Shown: positions 29,245 to 39,800, numbered from the stretch's first letter. The stretch is DNA of 64,000 nucleotides from an uncultured Gammaproteobacteria bacterium (GCA_965231135.1 OZ246419.1:449488-513487); one strand, 5' to 3'. Translations and numbers: made by a program. Notes: generated by a model from the sequence alone, not told the origin.

Positions 29245-30636
29245 ATGTCAATTGTTTTGGTTGTTGTAGTTACTTTTATAGCAACAACTTTATTTGAAGC
29301 TATAGTTTTTTACATTCAACATAAACGTTATACTGCAAGTTATAATAAAGAGAAAAAATCTTTTGAAGTAGCTCGAAAAATAGACAATTTGCTTTTACAA
29401 AAGACAGATTCGACATCTACTATTCAAAGATTGGCAGATTTTTTGCCAAATGAACTAGACTTTGCTACTGGTGTTATTGCTCTTTATGATGAACCAAAAG
29501 GAGTTATAAGAAGAGTTGCAGCTTCAAATACAACTGAGGCAGCCGAGGCAATAAAAGCTCTTAGTATTCCTTTTGCTCAAATTGCAATTCCGGTTGGTGA
29601 TGAAAATAATTTGATGGCTAAAGCGCTTCGCGAAAGGAAAGAATTTTTTACAACAAATGTTGATGATGTTTTTATTCCAGTTTTGTCAAGTGATGAGTCT
29701 GAAAAAATTCAGCAAATAATGTCTACACAGCTTACTATTGTTTATCCAATTTTTATTTCTGATAAGCCGCTAGGAGTTTTTATCGCCAGTTCTAAGAAAA
29801 GATACTTATCAGAATACGAGAAAGATATTATTGGGGTTTTTGTTGATGGTGCAGGGATTGCTTTACAAAATTCTCAATTATTTACTTCTCTTGAAACAAC
29901 AACCAATGATTTGAAAATTGCAAATGAGCGTTTACAAAAAGTTGACGAGATGAAAGATGAATTTATATCAATTGCGAGCCACGATTTGAGGACCCCACTT
30001 ACTGTTGTTAAGGATTATCTTTACTTAGTTGCTAAGGAATTAAACAACCACGACACTGTTGATGTTGTAGTACAAAATATAAATACTGCGCAGAAGGCGA
30101 CTGAACATGCAATAAATTTGGTAAATGATATGCTTGACGTGTCAAGAATAGAAGCGGGAAGAATAATGCTTAATATAACTAGTTTTAATTTATTTGATTT
30201 AATGGCAGAAATAGTTAATGAATTAAAAATTACAGGACAACCTAAAAAAATAACTTTAGATTTTCAAGCTGATTCTGTTTTGGCAATTAAAGCGGATATT
30301 GATCGAACAAGACAAATTATAGTTAATCTTATTAGTAATTCGATTAAATATACGCCAACTGGTGGTTTGGTTAAAGTTTATGCAACAAAAGTTAATAATG
30401 AAATACATGTTTCAGTTTCTGACAACGGAATAGGTATTAAAGCAGAGGATTTGTCTAAATTATTCACAAAATTTGGGAGACTTGATAATAGTTTGACAGG
30501 TGTCGCTAAAGCTCCTGGGACGGGACTTGGGCTTTATATAACTCGCAAACTTGTTGAGCTTCAAGGAGGAAAAATTTGGGTGGAAAGCGAATATGGAAAA
30601 GGAAGTAAATTTATTTTTACACTACCATCTGCTTAA
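29245..30636 (+). CDS. Sensor histidine kinase (TM + GAF-like + HisKA + HATPase_c)
   Basis: H-box ISIASHDLRTPLT. N, G1 and G2 boxes (NLISNSIKYT, DNGIGI, GTGLGLYITRKLVELQGG). Confidence 0.85.
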   Translation: MSIVLVVVVTFIATTLFEAIVFYIQHKRYTASYNKEKKSFEVARKIDNLLLQKTDSTSTIQRLADFLPNELDFATGVIALYDEPKGVIRRVAASNTTEAAEAIKALSIPFAQIAIPVGDENNLMAKALRERKEFFTTNVDDVFIPVLSSDESEKIQQIMSTQLTIVYPIFISDKPLGVFIASSKKRYLSEYEKDIIGVFVDGAGIALQNSQLFTSLETTTNDLKIANERLQKVDEMKDEFISIASHDLRTPLTVVKDYLYLVAKELNNHDTVDVVVQNINTAQKATEHAINLVNDMLDVSRIEAGRIMLNITSFNLFDLMAEIVNELKITGQPKKITLDFQADSVLAIKADIDRTRQIIVNLISNSIKYTPTGGLVKVYATKVNNEIHVSVSDNGIGIKAEDLSKLFTKFGRLDNSLTGVAKAPGTGLGLYITRKLVELQGGKIWVESEYGKGSKFIFTLPSA

Positions 30637-30985
30637 CTTTTTCAACTAATTGATCGGGATTTACACTTGTTTTTAGGATTACATATTTTGCACCAAGCTT
30701 ATCTGCCTCTTTGAAAATTGGCTCCTGGGAAAGATTTGTTAATAAAACTATTGGACCATTGGGATTTTTTGGACCTTGTTTGCTTAATTCCCGAAGAACT
30801 GTAATTGCGTCCATTTTCGGAAGCATGACATCAAGAAGAATTAAATTGTAACCGCCATTTCTGATTTTATTTAATCCCTGCTCGCCGTCTTCTGCTGTGT
30901 CAACCTGGAAGCTATTTTGCTGGAGAACGCTAGCGTAAAGATTTCTTACATCCGGCTCATCTTCGATGACTAATATTTTTGCCAT
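30617..30985 (-). CDS. Stand-alone receiver (REC-only, CheY-like) response-regulator protein
   Basis: MAKILVIEDEPDVR...LILLDVMLPKMDA...LLTNL...KYVILK carries the REC acidic pocket, phospho-Asp, and conserved Thr/Lys. At 122 aa there is no output domain. Its 3' end overlaps the histidine-kinase gene by 20 nt (convergent). Confidence 0.8.
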   Translation of the reverse strand: MAKILVIEDEPDVRNLYASVLQQNSFQVDTAEDGEQGLNKIRNGGYNLILLDVMLPKMDAITVLRELSKQGPKNPNGPIVLLTNLSQEPIFKEADKLGAKYVILKTSVNPDQLVEKVKQMVV

Positions 30986-31025
30986 GAACTCATATTACAC
31001 TATTTATGGGTTATTTCAAGGGATT

Positions 31026-31730
31026 TTAATAAGGGCAATTATAACCATCTTTATCTAACCAGACAGATGCGTAGTCTACATAAACTATATTATCAAAATC
31101 CGGTTTACTTATATTATCAATGTCTTGGTATATTATGTTTGTATTTTCTGCTCCAGTTGCTGAAGGGTCGAGATTTTGGTAAGTGGTTGTGTCAACTTCA
31201 AACGCAGAATTGAAATGATAAAGTCTAGCTCGCCAGTCAAAATCTGCAATTTCATCACTTTGAAGAACGGGGCCTTGTATTATTTTTGTGTCGATATCTT
31301 CAATCCAGGCTGCACTACCCAGATAAACATCGGGCCCGGCAATAACTCCAGTAAAAATATTCGGATCTTTTCCTATTCTTGCTGCTTCCAGACCTTTCAT
31401 GTAATTTGCATAGTCATTATCCATTCGAAGAGTTTTTCCTTTTAGGTTGTAACCTAAACTTAAATGAGTCATTTGATAAGAAGGAAGAGATTTTTCAAAA
31501 CAACCAAGAAAATCGTAATAACCTTTGTTTATTATTTCGTTTGAAATTTTAAAAATATGATCGCAGGTGGGAACATTAACATAACCATTTTTAAAACATG
31601 TGTCTGTATCTTGAGCATTTGTAACCTGAGGAGCAAATGCAAGTGAAAAAGACAAAATAACTATCGGCACAGCTTCTCGTAATTTTTTCACAGGCAATAT
31701 ATCTGACGATTTAATAAATCTTTCGGGCAT
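31026..31730 (-). CDS. Secreted hypothetical protein (signal peptide)
   Basis: N-terminal signal-like hydrophobic segment. No recognisable domain. Confidence 0.5.
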   Translation of the reverse strand: MPERFIKSSDILPVKKLREAVPIVILSFSLAFAPQVTNAQDTDTCFKNGYVNVPTCDHIFKISNEIINKGYYDFLGCFEKSLPSYQMTHLSLGYNLKGKTLRMDNDYANYMKGLEAARIGKDPNIFTGVIAGPDVYLGSAAWIEDIDTKIIQGPVLQSDEIADFDWRARLYHFNSAFEVDTTTYQNLDPSATGAENTNIIYQDIDNISKPDFDNIVYVDYASVWLDKDGYNCPY

Positions 31731-31814
31731 AAAATAAATTTTGCTTAGAGCCTTATATGGATTCTGAAAAAAGAAGTTTCGTTACTTGATTTAACTTACG
31801 TTTTAACCAAAGCC

Positions 31815-31844
31815 ATTATACAAACTGCAAATTTACACTGTCAA
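31815..31844 (-). promoter_or_regulatory. Consensus sigma70-type promoter TTGACA-18-TATAAT reading toward the 31730 gene
   Basis: Reverse complement reads TTGACAgtgtaaatttgcagtttgTATAAT. The -35 lies inside the repeated 17-mer caaatttacactgtcaa (31828-31844). Confidence 0.5.
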
Positions 31845-31846
31845 TA

Positions 31847-32167
31847 TTAAATATTTAATACATAACAGTGCTGTTGATTGGTGATGCTTAAGTTCTCCGG
31901 AAGTTTTTTTCTCAAACTGCTTATTCTCATTGAGAGCACAACTAATGGTCTTTTGGGATTAAACCGATCATCTTTTTCATATAAATCATCTAATAATATT
32001 CCGTAAGGAATTGTTTTATTTGGATTTTGCGCCAATCTTTCGAAAATAATATCTTCTTGCCACGTTAAATATATTCTTTGATTGTTTAATTTTATAAAGC
32101 CCAATATGGGTGTGTATTCACACTCTCCGAGATTAGTGTGTTTGAAAATAGACTGCTCAACTGACAT
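31847..32167 (-). CDS. Stand-alone OmpR/PhoB-type winged-helix DNA-binding protein (Trans_reg_C domain only)
   Basis: LTWQEDIIFERLAQNPNKTIPYGILLDDLY...RPLVVLSMRISSLRKKL matches the Trans_reg_C consensus (LT..E..lL..L..NPg.vvsre.L...vw......tvdvhi.rLRkKl). At 106 aa there is no receiver domain. Confidence 0.65.
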   Translation of the reverse strand: MSVEQSIFKHTNLGECEYTPILGFIKLNNQRIYLTWQEDIIFERLAQNPNKTIPYGILLDDLYEKDDRFNPKRPLVVLSMRISSLRKKLPENLSITNQQHCYVLNI

Positions 32168-32172
32168 ATATG

Positions 32173-32217
32173 TATATTAATTTACAAATTTACACTGTCA
32201 AGCCAATAAGATATTAT
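32173..32217. promoter_or_regulatory. Back-to-back divergent promoter region (wHTH gene on the minus strand, gatC on the plus strand) containing tandem AATTTACA repeats
   Basis: Minus strand reads TTGACA(32201-32196)-17-AATATA, 6 nt from the ATG at 32167. Plus strand reads TTTACA(32190-32195)-16-TATTAT(32212-32217), 7 nt before the gatC ATG at 32224. Both look leaderless. The 17-mer caaatttacactgtcaa (32185-32201) is identical to the one at 31828-31844. Confidence 0.45.
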
Positions 32218-32223
32218 ATAGGC

Positions 32224-32529
32224 ATGGCAAAACTTACTTTGGATGACACAAAAAAAGTTGCTAGCCTTGCTAGACTTCAGCTGACAGATAAAGAAATAGA
32301 AAAATTTACAAAACAACTTTCTAAAGTGCTTGACCATATTGATGAACTTAATCAGATTGATACAAAAAACGTAGAGCCAACTTCGCAAACAACCGGACTT
32401 GTAAATGTTTTAAGAAACGATGAAATTGATGAAACAAAAGTTTTAACTCAAGATGAGGCATTAAGCGGGACAGAGAATACGATAAATGGATTTTTTGTAG
32501 TGCCACAAATACTTAACAAGAATGTTTAA
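32224..32529 (+). CDS. gatC: Glu-tRNA(Gln) amidotransferase subunit C
   Basis: MAKLTLDDTKKVASLARLQLTDKEIEKFTKQL... matches GatC. ATG at 32224 is preferred over the track start at 32170. Confidence 0.85.
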   Translation: MAKLTLDDTKKVASLARLQLTDKEIEKFTKQLSKVLDHIDELNQIDTKNVEPTSQTTGLVNVLRNDEIDETKVLTQDEALSGTENTINGFFVVPQILNKNV

Positions 32530-33898
32530 ATCCATAAAAGAAACTCAGGAAAAATTATTAAAGAAAGAGTTTACTTGTGTCGAATTGGTCGATAAATATC
32601 TTGAAAATATAAATAAAAGAAACAAAGAATTGAATGCGGTTTTAACTATTTCAGAAGAATTAGCCTATAAACAGGCAAAGGAAGATGATAAATTAATTGA
32701 AGATCTTGGAGAAGAAGCGTTTAAGCAATTTCCTTTACTTGGAGTAACTGTAATTCATAAAGATCTTTTCTCCACAAAAAATATTAGAACGACTGCTGGA
32801 AGCAAAGTTTTGGAGAATTACATTCCAGCTTATAGTGCGACAGTTGTAACAAAAATGGAAAAAGCTGGAGCAATAATGCTTGGCAAAGCAAATCAGGATG
32901 CCTGGGCTCATGGATCAAGCGGCGAAAATTCTGATTTTGGTCCGGCAAAAAATCCACATAACAGCGATTATGTGCCAGGAGGATCTTCATCGGGAAGCGC
33001 TGCTGCGGTTGCTGCAGAATTTTGTCTTGTTGCAACTGGAACTGACACTGGAGGTTCAATAAGAAACCCTGCGAATTTTTGCGGTGTTGTTGGACTAAAA
33101 CCGACTTATGGAACTGTTTCAAGATATGGAGTGATTGCGATGGCAAGTTCTCTTGATTGTCCTGGGCCAATTGGAAACTGTGTGGAAGATGTACAAAAAG
33201 TTTATGAAATAATAAAGGGAGAAGACGGAATGGATGCGACTGTTAAAAATTTTGATTTAGGAAATCTTGAAAAGAAAAAAATCAAAATTGGAATTCCGAA
33301 AGAATATTTTATTGAAGGGCTTGATGAGGAGGTAAAGAAAAGTGTAATGGATGCTAAGAAAGTTTTTGAAGAAACGGGAATTGAATTTGTTGATATCAGT
33401 TTGCCTTATACAAAATATGGAATTTCTGCTTATTACATTATTCAGCCAGCAGAAGTTTCGTCAAATTTGGGAAGATATGATGGAATTCGATTTGGAAACG
33501 GCCGAGATGCTTTTGGAGATGAAGCAAAAAGGAGGATAATGCTTGGGACTTATGTTTTAAGCGCTGGATATTATGATGCGTATTATTTGAAAGCTCAGAG
33601 AGTGCGTACTAAAATAATTCAGGATTTTGACGAAGCTTTTAAGGAAGTTGATGCAATACTTGCTCCGGTTTCTCCAACGCCAGCTTTTAAACTTGGAGAA
33701 AAGGCGCACGATCCAATTAAAATGTATTTAGCTGATGTTTTTACTGTGACAGCAAATATTGCTGGGATTCCGGGAATTGCAATTCCTTACGGTAAAACAA
33801 AAAATAATTTACCTCTTGGTTTTCAACTTATTGGGCCAAGATTTGGAGAAGGAGAACTTTTTGAATTGGGAAGGAAATTTGAAAATGTTAAAAAGTAA
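32522..33898 (+). CDS. gatA: Glu-tRNA(Gln) amidotransferase subunit A
   Basis: Amidase signature GGSSSGSAAAVAA and catalytic Ser-cisSer-Lys region. Confidence 0.9.
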   Translation: MFKSIKETQEKLLKKEFTCVELVDKYLENINKRNKELNAVLTISEELAYKQAKEDDKLIEDLGEEAFKQFPLLGVTVIHKDLFSTKNIRTTAGSKVLENYIPAYSATVVTKMEKAGAIMLGKANQDAWAHGSSGENSDFGPAKNPHNSDYVPGGSSSGSAAAVAAEFCLVATGTDTGGSIRNPANFCGVVGLKPTYGTVSRYGVIAMASSLDCPGPIGNCVEDVQKVYEIIKGEDGMDATVKNFDLGNLEKKKIKIGIPKEYFIEGLDEEVKKSVMDAKKVFEETGIEFVDISLPYTKYGISAYYIIQPAEVSSNLGRYDGIRFGNGRDAFGDEAKRRIMLGTYVLSAGYYDAYYLKAQRVRTKIIQDFDEAFKEVDAILAPVSPTPAFKLGEKAHDPIKMYLADVFTVTANIAGIPGIAIPYGKTKNNLPLGFQLIGPRFGEGELFELGRKFENVKK

Positions 33899-35114
33899 AT
33901 TATTTAAGAATTACAAATTTACTGCTCTTTGGATTTCCCAAATTCTTTCGCAGCTAACTATAAATATTTTGAGCTTTGTAATTCTAATTCATATTTTTCA
34001 GGAGACTGGATCTACAATTGCCACATCACTTCTTTGGATTGCTTATGCGCTTCCTGCAGTTTTATTTGGGCCTTTTGCGGCAGCATGGACTGACCTAATG
34101 GAGAAAAGAATTGTACTTATGATTTCTAATTTGCTGCAATCAATTGTTGTTTTTTTATTTGCGATTTTGCTTTATAAAAAATTAATTTATTTATCTTATA
34201 TCGTTGTTTTTCTTTATTCTCTTTTCAATCAATTTTATGTTCCAGCGGAAGCGGCGACACTGCCTGTTTTAGTTAAAGATGACGATTTGCCTCAGGCCAA
34301 TTCTTTCTTTTTTATAACTCAACAATCCTCTCTTGTTGTTGGATTTGGAGCTGCAGGATTACTTGATACAGTTTTTGGATTCCGTGCAACTTTGTTTTTA
34401 GTATCGCTATGTTTATTTATTGCCTTTGTTGCGGTTACTTTTTTACCGAAATTAAAACCATCAGCAAAGCTTCCAACAACTTTTGAAAAAGGAGTTAAGA
34501 AGTTTTTTGATCAAATTGTTGAAGGTTACGAATTTATAAGAAACACAAAATCAGTTTTCTTCCCGTTTTCACTTCTTCTTGGAGTGCAGGTTATTTTGAC
34601 AGTTATTGTTACAAACTTGCCCCGAATTGCAACGGATATTATGAAGGTATCTGTAAACACTTCAAGCCTCATTGTTATTGTCCCTGCTGGAATTGGAGCG
34701 ATCATCGCAACACTTTTGATTTCAAAGTTTTTCAAAAAACATATTAAGCGAAAAACCGTTATTTTGTCATCGCTTACTCTTTTTGCAATTTCAATCCTGG
34801 TTGTTGCAATATTTATTCCGTTTATCAGTTTGATGTGGGTGCGTATTGCAGTTGCTGCAATTTTCTTTGTGGTTGCGGGAATGGGAGCTGTCGGAACTTT
34901 AGTTCCATCTATTACTTATTTGCAAGAAGAAACACCAAAAGATTTATTGGGAAGAGTCTTTGGAAATTTCTGGTTTCTGACAACTCTTGCCACAGTTATT
35001 CCAGTTCTTTTTTCAGCTACAATTACTGATTTACTGGGAGTAAGAGTTTTAGTTATATTACTTGGACTTATTTGTATTGGAGTCGTTTATTTATTTAGAT
35101 ATGAAAAACTTTAA
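33885..35114 (+). CDS. MFS-type transporter embedded between gatA and gatB
   Basis: About 12 TM helices. Start ATG at 33885 overlaps the gatA stop by 14 nt, and its end overlaps the gatB start by 14 nt. Confidence 0.7.
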   Translation: MLKSKLFKNYKFTALWISQILSQLTINILSFVILIHIFQETGSTIATSLLWIAYALPAVLFGPFAAAWTDLMEKRIVLMISNLLQSIVVFLFAILLYKKLIYLSYIVVFLYSLFNQFYVPAEAATLPVLVKDDDLPQANSFFFITQQSSLVVGFGAAGLLDTVFGFRATLFLVSLCLFIAFVAVTFLPKLKPSAKLPTTFEKGVKKFFDQIVEGYEFIRNTKSVFFPFSLLLGVQVILTVIVTNLPRIATDIMKVSVNTSSLIVIVPAGIGAIIATLLISKFFKKHIKRKTVILSSLTLFAISILVVAIFIPFISLMWVRIAVAAIFFVVAGMGAVGTLVPSITYLQEETPKDLLGRVFGNFWFLTTLATVIPVLFSATITDLLGVRVLVILLGLICIGVVYLFRYEKL

Positions 35115-36396
35115 AACTGTTATTGGACTTGAGGTCCATGTGGAGCTTGCGACAAAATCAAAGATGTTTTGCTCTTGCTCTGCAGATCATTTTGGAAAGG
35201 CGCCGAATACGCAAGTTTGCCCTGTTTGTTTGGGGCTTCCTGGAGCATTGCCATTTGCAAATGTGAACGCAATCCATTCTGTCGTTAAGTTTGGGTTAGC
35301 ATTAAATTGTAAAATAAATAATTTTTCAAAACTGGATCGCAAACATTATTTTTATCCTGATTTACCAAAGGCCTATCAGATTTCTCAATATGATTTACCT
35401 CTTGCCTATGAAGGAGAAGTAAATGGAATTAAAATTCGCAGGGTTCATATTGAAGAAGATACCGCAAAGCTTCAACATACTGATGGAAAAAGTTTGGTAG
35501 ATTTTAATCGCTCAAGTGTTCCCCTTATGGAAATGGTGACTGAACCAGATTTTGATTCTGTCGATAAAGTAGTTGAGTTTTTGAAGGAAATACAGCGAAT
35601 TGTTAGATATTTAGGCATATCTACTGCTGATATGGAAAAAGGGAGTATGAGACTTGAAGCGAATGTCTCTTTGAAAAAACCAGGGCAAATTGAATTGCCA
35701 AATTACAAAGTAGAGCTTAAAAATATAAATAGTTTTGGATTTCTGAAAAAAGCAGTCGAAGCAGAATTAAAAAGACAGCAGGAAATTTTGGAAAATGGCG
35801 AAACTCCAGGGCAGGAAACAAGAGGATTTGATGAAAGAACCGGGAAAACAGTTTTGCAGCGAAAGAAAGAAGAAGCAAATGACTATAGATATTTTCCAGA
35901 GCCGGATATTCCGCCAATCACTTTTACTAAAGATGTTATTGATGTCTTGGAACAACAAATACCTGAACTTCCAAATCAAAAAAGGAAAAGATATAAAGAA
36001 GAGTTTGGATTGAGTGAAACTTATATTGAAGTGCTAGTAGATGATCGCGATCGTGCTTTGTATTTTGAAAGAGCAATTAAAGAAAAATTAGATGGCATAA
36101 TGCCGAAAGACGTTGCAGGACTTATGGTAAATACAAATTTGGATAAAGAGTTTGAAGAACCGGCTCTGATGATGAAGAAAGTTTATGAATTATTGAAGAA
36201 AGATTATGCAAGTGACGAGGAAACTAAAAATGTAGTAGAAAATGTAATGAAAAATAATTCAAAAGCAGTGCAGGATTTCCAAAGCGGAAACGGAAATGTT
36301 ATTGGATTTTTGATTGGACAAGTGCAGAAAGAATTGAAAGGAAAAGGAGAACCAAAATTAGTACAACAGCTTCTAAGAGACTTATTGACTAAATAA
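35101..36396 (+). CDS. gatB: Glu-tRNA(Gln) amidotransferase subunit B
   Basis: MKNFKTVIGLEVHVELATKSKMFCSC... matches the GatB N-terminus. ATG at 35101. Confidence 0.9.
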   Translation: MKNFKTVIGLEVHVELATKSKMFCSCSADHFGKAPNTQVCPVCLGLPGALPFANVNAIHSVVKFGLALNCKINNFSKLDRKHYFYPDLPKAYQISQYDLPLAYEGEVNGIKIRRVHIEEDTAKLQHTDGKSLVDFNRSSVPLMEMVTEPDFDSVDKVVEFLKEIQRIVRYLGISTADMEKGSMRLEANVSLKKPGQIELPNYKVELKNINSFGFLKKAVEAELKRQQEILENGETPGQETRGFDERTGKTVLQRKKEEANDYRYFPEPDIPPITFTKDVIDVLEQQIPELPNQKRKRYKEEFGLSETYIEVLVDDRDRALYFERAIKEKLDGIMPKDVAGLMVNTNLDKEFEEPALMMKKVYELLKKDYASDEETKNVVENVMKNNSKAVQDFQSGNGNVIGFLIGQVQKELKGKGEPKLVQQLLRDLLTK

Positions 36397-36418
36397 AAAG
36401 AATTGATATATTAGTTTT

Positions 36419-36820
36419 ATGGTAGAAGCATTACAAGTTACAGATGAGATTAAAAGAATACGGGGTCTTCATAATTATAATTTGGTTGATGAATTAAAAA
36501 AGGGAGAAAGTCCCGAAAAAGTGATGGATCATGTTGGTGAAATTCAAAGAAGATATCAATTGATGAAAGATATAAATGAAGATCTTGTAAAATTTGAAGT
36601 AAGTACAGATTTATCTGAAATTGGAAAAATTCAATTTAAAATTTTAGATATGTTAAAAAGAGAAACGGGAATTAGAGATGTTACAACAAATATGTTATCT
36701 GATGAGTTTAAAACCCCTGGGAGCTATAATTTTGTGACAGCATTTTGGGGATTAATTCGTGAAAATAAAATTAAACATGATAAGGATTATATTGTTCGAT
36801 TAATAGATGAAGTGTCGTGA
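36419..36820 (+). CDS. Hypothetical protein (133 aa)
   Basis: ORF with no recognisable domain. Confidence 0.4.
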   Translation: MVEALQVTDEIKRIRGLHNYNLVDELKKGESPEKVMDHVGEIQRRYQLMKDINEDLVKFEVSTDLSEIGKIQFKILDMLKRETGIRDVTTNMLSDEFKTPGSYNFVTAFWGLIRENKIKHDKDYIVRLIDEVS

Positions 36821-36831
36821 TAAAATGATTC

Positions 36832-39800
36832 ATGGCCAATAAGTTTGTACATTTGCATCTTCATACTGAATATTCGCTTCTTGATGGATTAAGTAAAATT
36901 TCAAAATTACTTACTCGCGTCAAAGAAATGGAAATGGATACTGTAGCTATTACAGACCACGGGACAATGTACGGCGCAATTGAATTTTATAAAAAAGCAA
37001 AGGCGGAAAATGTCAAACCAATTATTGGAGTCGAAGCTTATACGGTTCTTCATGATCACAAGGAAAGGCCAGAAAAAGAAAGGTTTAATTACAATCATTT
37101 GCTTCTTCTTGCCAAAGACGAAGAGGGATATAAAAATTTGATGAAAATTACTTCAATTGCTCATCTGGAAGGCTATTATTACAGGCCAAGAATCCAGAGA
37201 GAACTTATTGAGAAATATTCTAAGGGAATTATTTGTACTTCAGCTTGCGTAAACGGAGAAATTGCAAGAGCTTTTATTGAAGAAGATCCAAAGCGAGCAA
37301 AGGAAACTGCGACCTGGTTTCAACAAGTGTTTGGTGATGACTATTATTTGGAAATTCAGCGACACGAATATGACAAACATGTTGAAACTGCGCCCGATGA
37401 AATGAAAGCAGAGCTTCGTGAGCAATCAAGAATTGAAAAACTGGTAAATGAAAATGTGGTGAAACTTTCTCGCGAAATGGGAATACCATTAATTGCTACA
37501 AATGATGCACATTATATAAATAAGGAAGATGCTAATGCTCAGGATGTTTTGGTTTGTGTAGCAACAGGAAAGAAAGTCACAGAGACAAAACGAATAAGAA
37601 TGGTTGACGCGCCAACTTATTATGCAAGGCCTTATGAGGAAATGGCTGCGCTTTTTCCAGATTACCCAGATGCACTTGAAAATACAGTCAAAATTGCAGA
37701 GAAATGTAATTTGGAAATTTCTACTTTTGGAAAATGGTTTTTCCCAAAATTTCCTCTTCCAAATGACGAAGATTCAGGTGAATATCTAAAAAGAATTGCA
37801 AATGAAAAATTAAAAGAAAAATTTGGGGAACCAACAAAAGAACTTCAGGAAAGATTAGATCACGAGCTTGGGATTATTAATACAAAAGGTTATGCACCTT
37901 ATTTTTTGATTGATATGGACCTTGCAGCGTGGACTCGTTCGCAAGGAATTATTACAAATACAAGAGGATCGGCAGCTGGAAGTTTGACTTCGTTTGTTTT
38001 AGGGATCACAACAGTAAACCCTGTGAAATATTATTTGCCTTTTGAAAGATTTTTAAATCCTTATAGACCTTCGCCGCCTGATATTGATTTTGATGTTGCA
38101 GACGATAAACGTGATCAAATTATTGGATATATTTCGCAGAAATATGGAGCTGATAAAGTTGCGCAGGTTTGTACTTTTGGAAGAATGCTTGCTCGGGCTG
38201 CAGTGCGCGATGTTGCAAGAGTTTTGGGCTATGAATACGCTGTGGGGGACCGTATTTCCAAAATGATTCCACCTCCAAAACAGGGATTTCCAATTAATAT
38301 AGATAAAGCATTAACAGTTAACCCTGAGCTTAAAAACCTTTATGATACTGATCCTGATGCGAAAAAAATTATAGATTTAGCCAAACAAGTTGAAGGAAGC
38401 GCTCGGCATGTATCAGTCCACGCAGCTGGAGTTGTTGTAGCTCCAACTACAATGACAGATTTTTCACCTGTTCAAAAAGAACGTGATGGAGACAAAATTA
38501 TAACTCAATATGAAATGCATGCGGCTGAAGATGTTGGGCTTATTAAGTTTGACATGCTTGGTATACGAAACTTATCAATTTTGGGGCTTGCTGTGAAAAT
38601 TGTTGAAGAAAGACATAAAACAAAAATTGATTTGCATGAAATCCCGATTGAAAACGATCCTCGAGCTAAAAAGACTTTTGATATGCTTGCTGAAGGGGGG
38701 ACAATGGGAGTTTTTCAGCTTGGAAGCGCTGGAATGACAAAATATATAAAAGAACTGAAACCGAATAAAGTTGAAGACCTTATGGCTATGATTGCGCTAT
38801 ATCGCCCTGGTCCAATCGCTGTTATTCCTGAATATATTGCCCGCAAAAATAATCCAAAACTTATTAGTTATTTGGATCCAAGAATGGAGAAATTTTTGGG
38901 GGCCTCTTATGGATTGATTGTCTATCAGGACGATCTTCTTTTTTGTGCACTTGATTTGGCCGGATATACATGGGAAGAAGCGGATAAATTTAGAAAAGCT
39001 GTCGGAAAGAAAATTCCAGAAGAAATGGCAGCACAAAAAGAAAAGCTTGTGAACGGAATTATTGCTCATGGGCAAACAAAAGAATTTGCGGAGCATTTAT
39101 GGCAACTTTTTGAACCCTTTCAGGCTTATGGATTTAATAAAGCACATGCTGCGTCATACGGAATGGTTGTTTACCAAACAGCCTACATGAAAGCAAATTA
39201 CCCGGTTGAATATATGACTGCGCTTCTGACCTGTGAATCAAACGATAAAGATAAAATAACTGAAGCAATTGGGGAATGCAGACGTATGGGGATAACTGTT
39301 TTGCCGCCTGATATTAATAAATCTGATGTTGGATTTACAATTGAAACAACAGCAGACGGAATTGATGCGATACGGTTTGGGCTTTCTGCAATTAAAAATG
39401 TGGGGCATGCAGCAGTTGAGGCAATTCTTGAAGCACGAAAGGAAGGAGATTTTGTGAATTTATATGATTTTCTTGAAAGAATTGACGGAAGACGGGTCAA
39501 TAAAAAAGTTTTGGAAAGCCTTGTTAAAGTTGGGGCAATGAGCATTTTTGGCAAAAGAAATGCAGTTTTCTCGTCTATTGATGAGATAAAAGCAAAGATA
39601 AAACCTAAAAAAGCTGCAGCACAGCAAGGTCTTTTTGGAGACGAGATGATAGAAAAAGCTGCGCCAACCAATATTCAGCTTGCTAATGTGGATGAATTTT
39701 CTGAAGATGAGATGCAAAGCTTTGAGAAACAACTCTTAGGATTTTCTCTTTCAGCCAAGCCTCTAAATGAAACTATCGGAGAGCTGATGAATTATTCAAC

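Noticed and set aside
33911-33925. TTACAAATTTAC near the MFS gene start, resembling the promoter motif
   Set aside because: It lies inside coding sequence (…NYKFTAL…) with a one-base difference from the 12-mer. It is probably a compositional coincidence.
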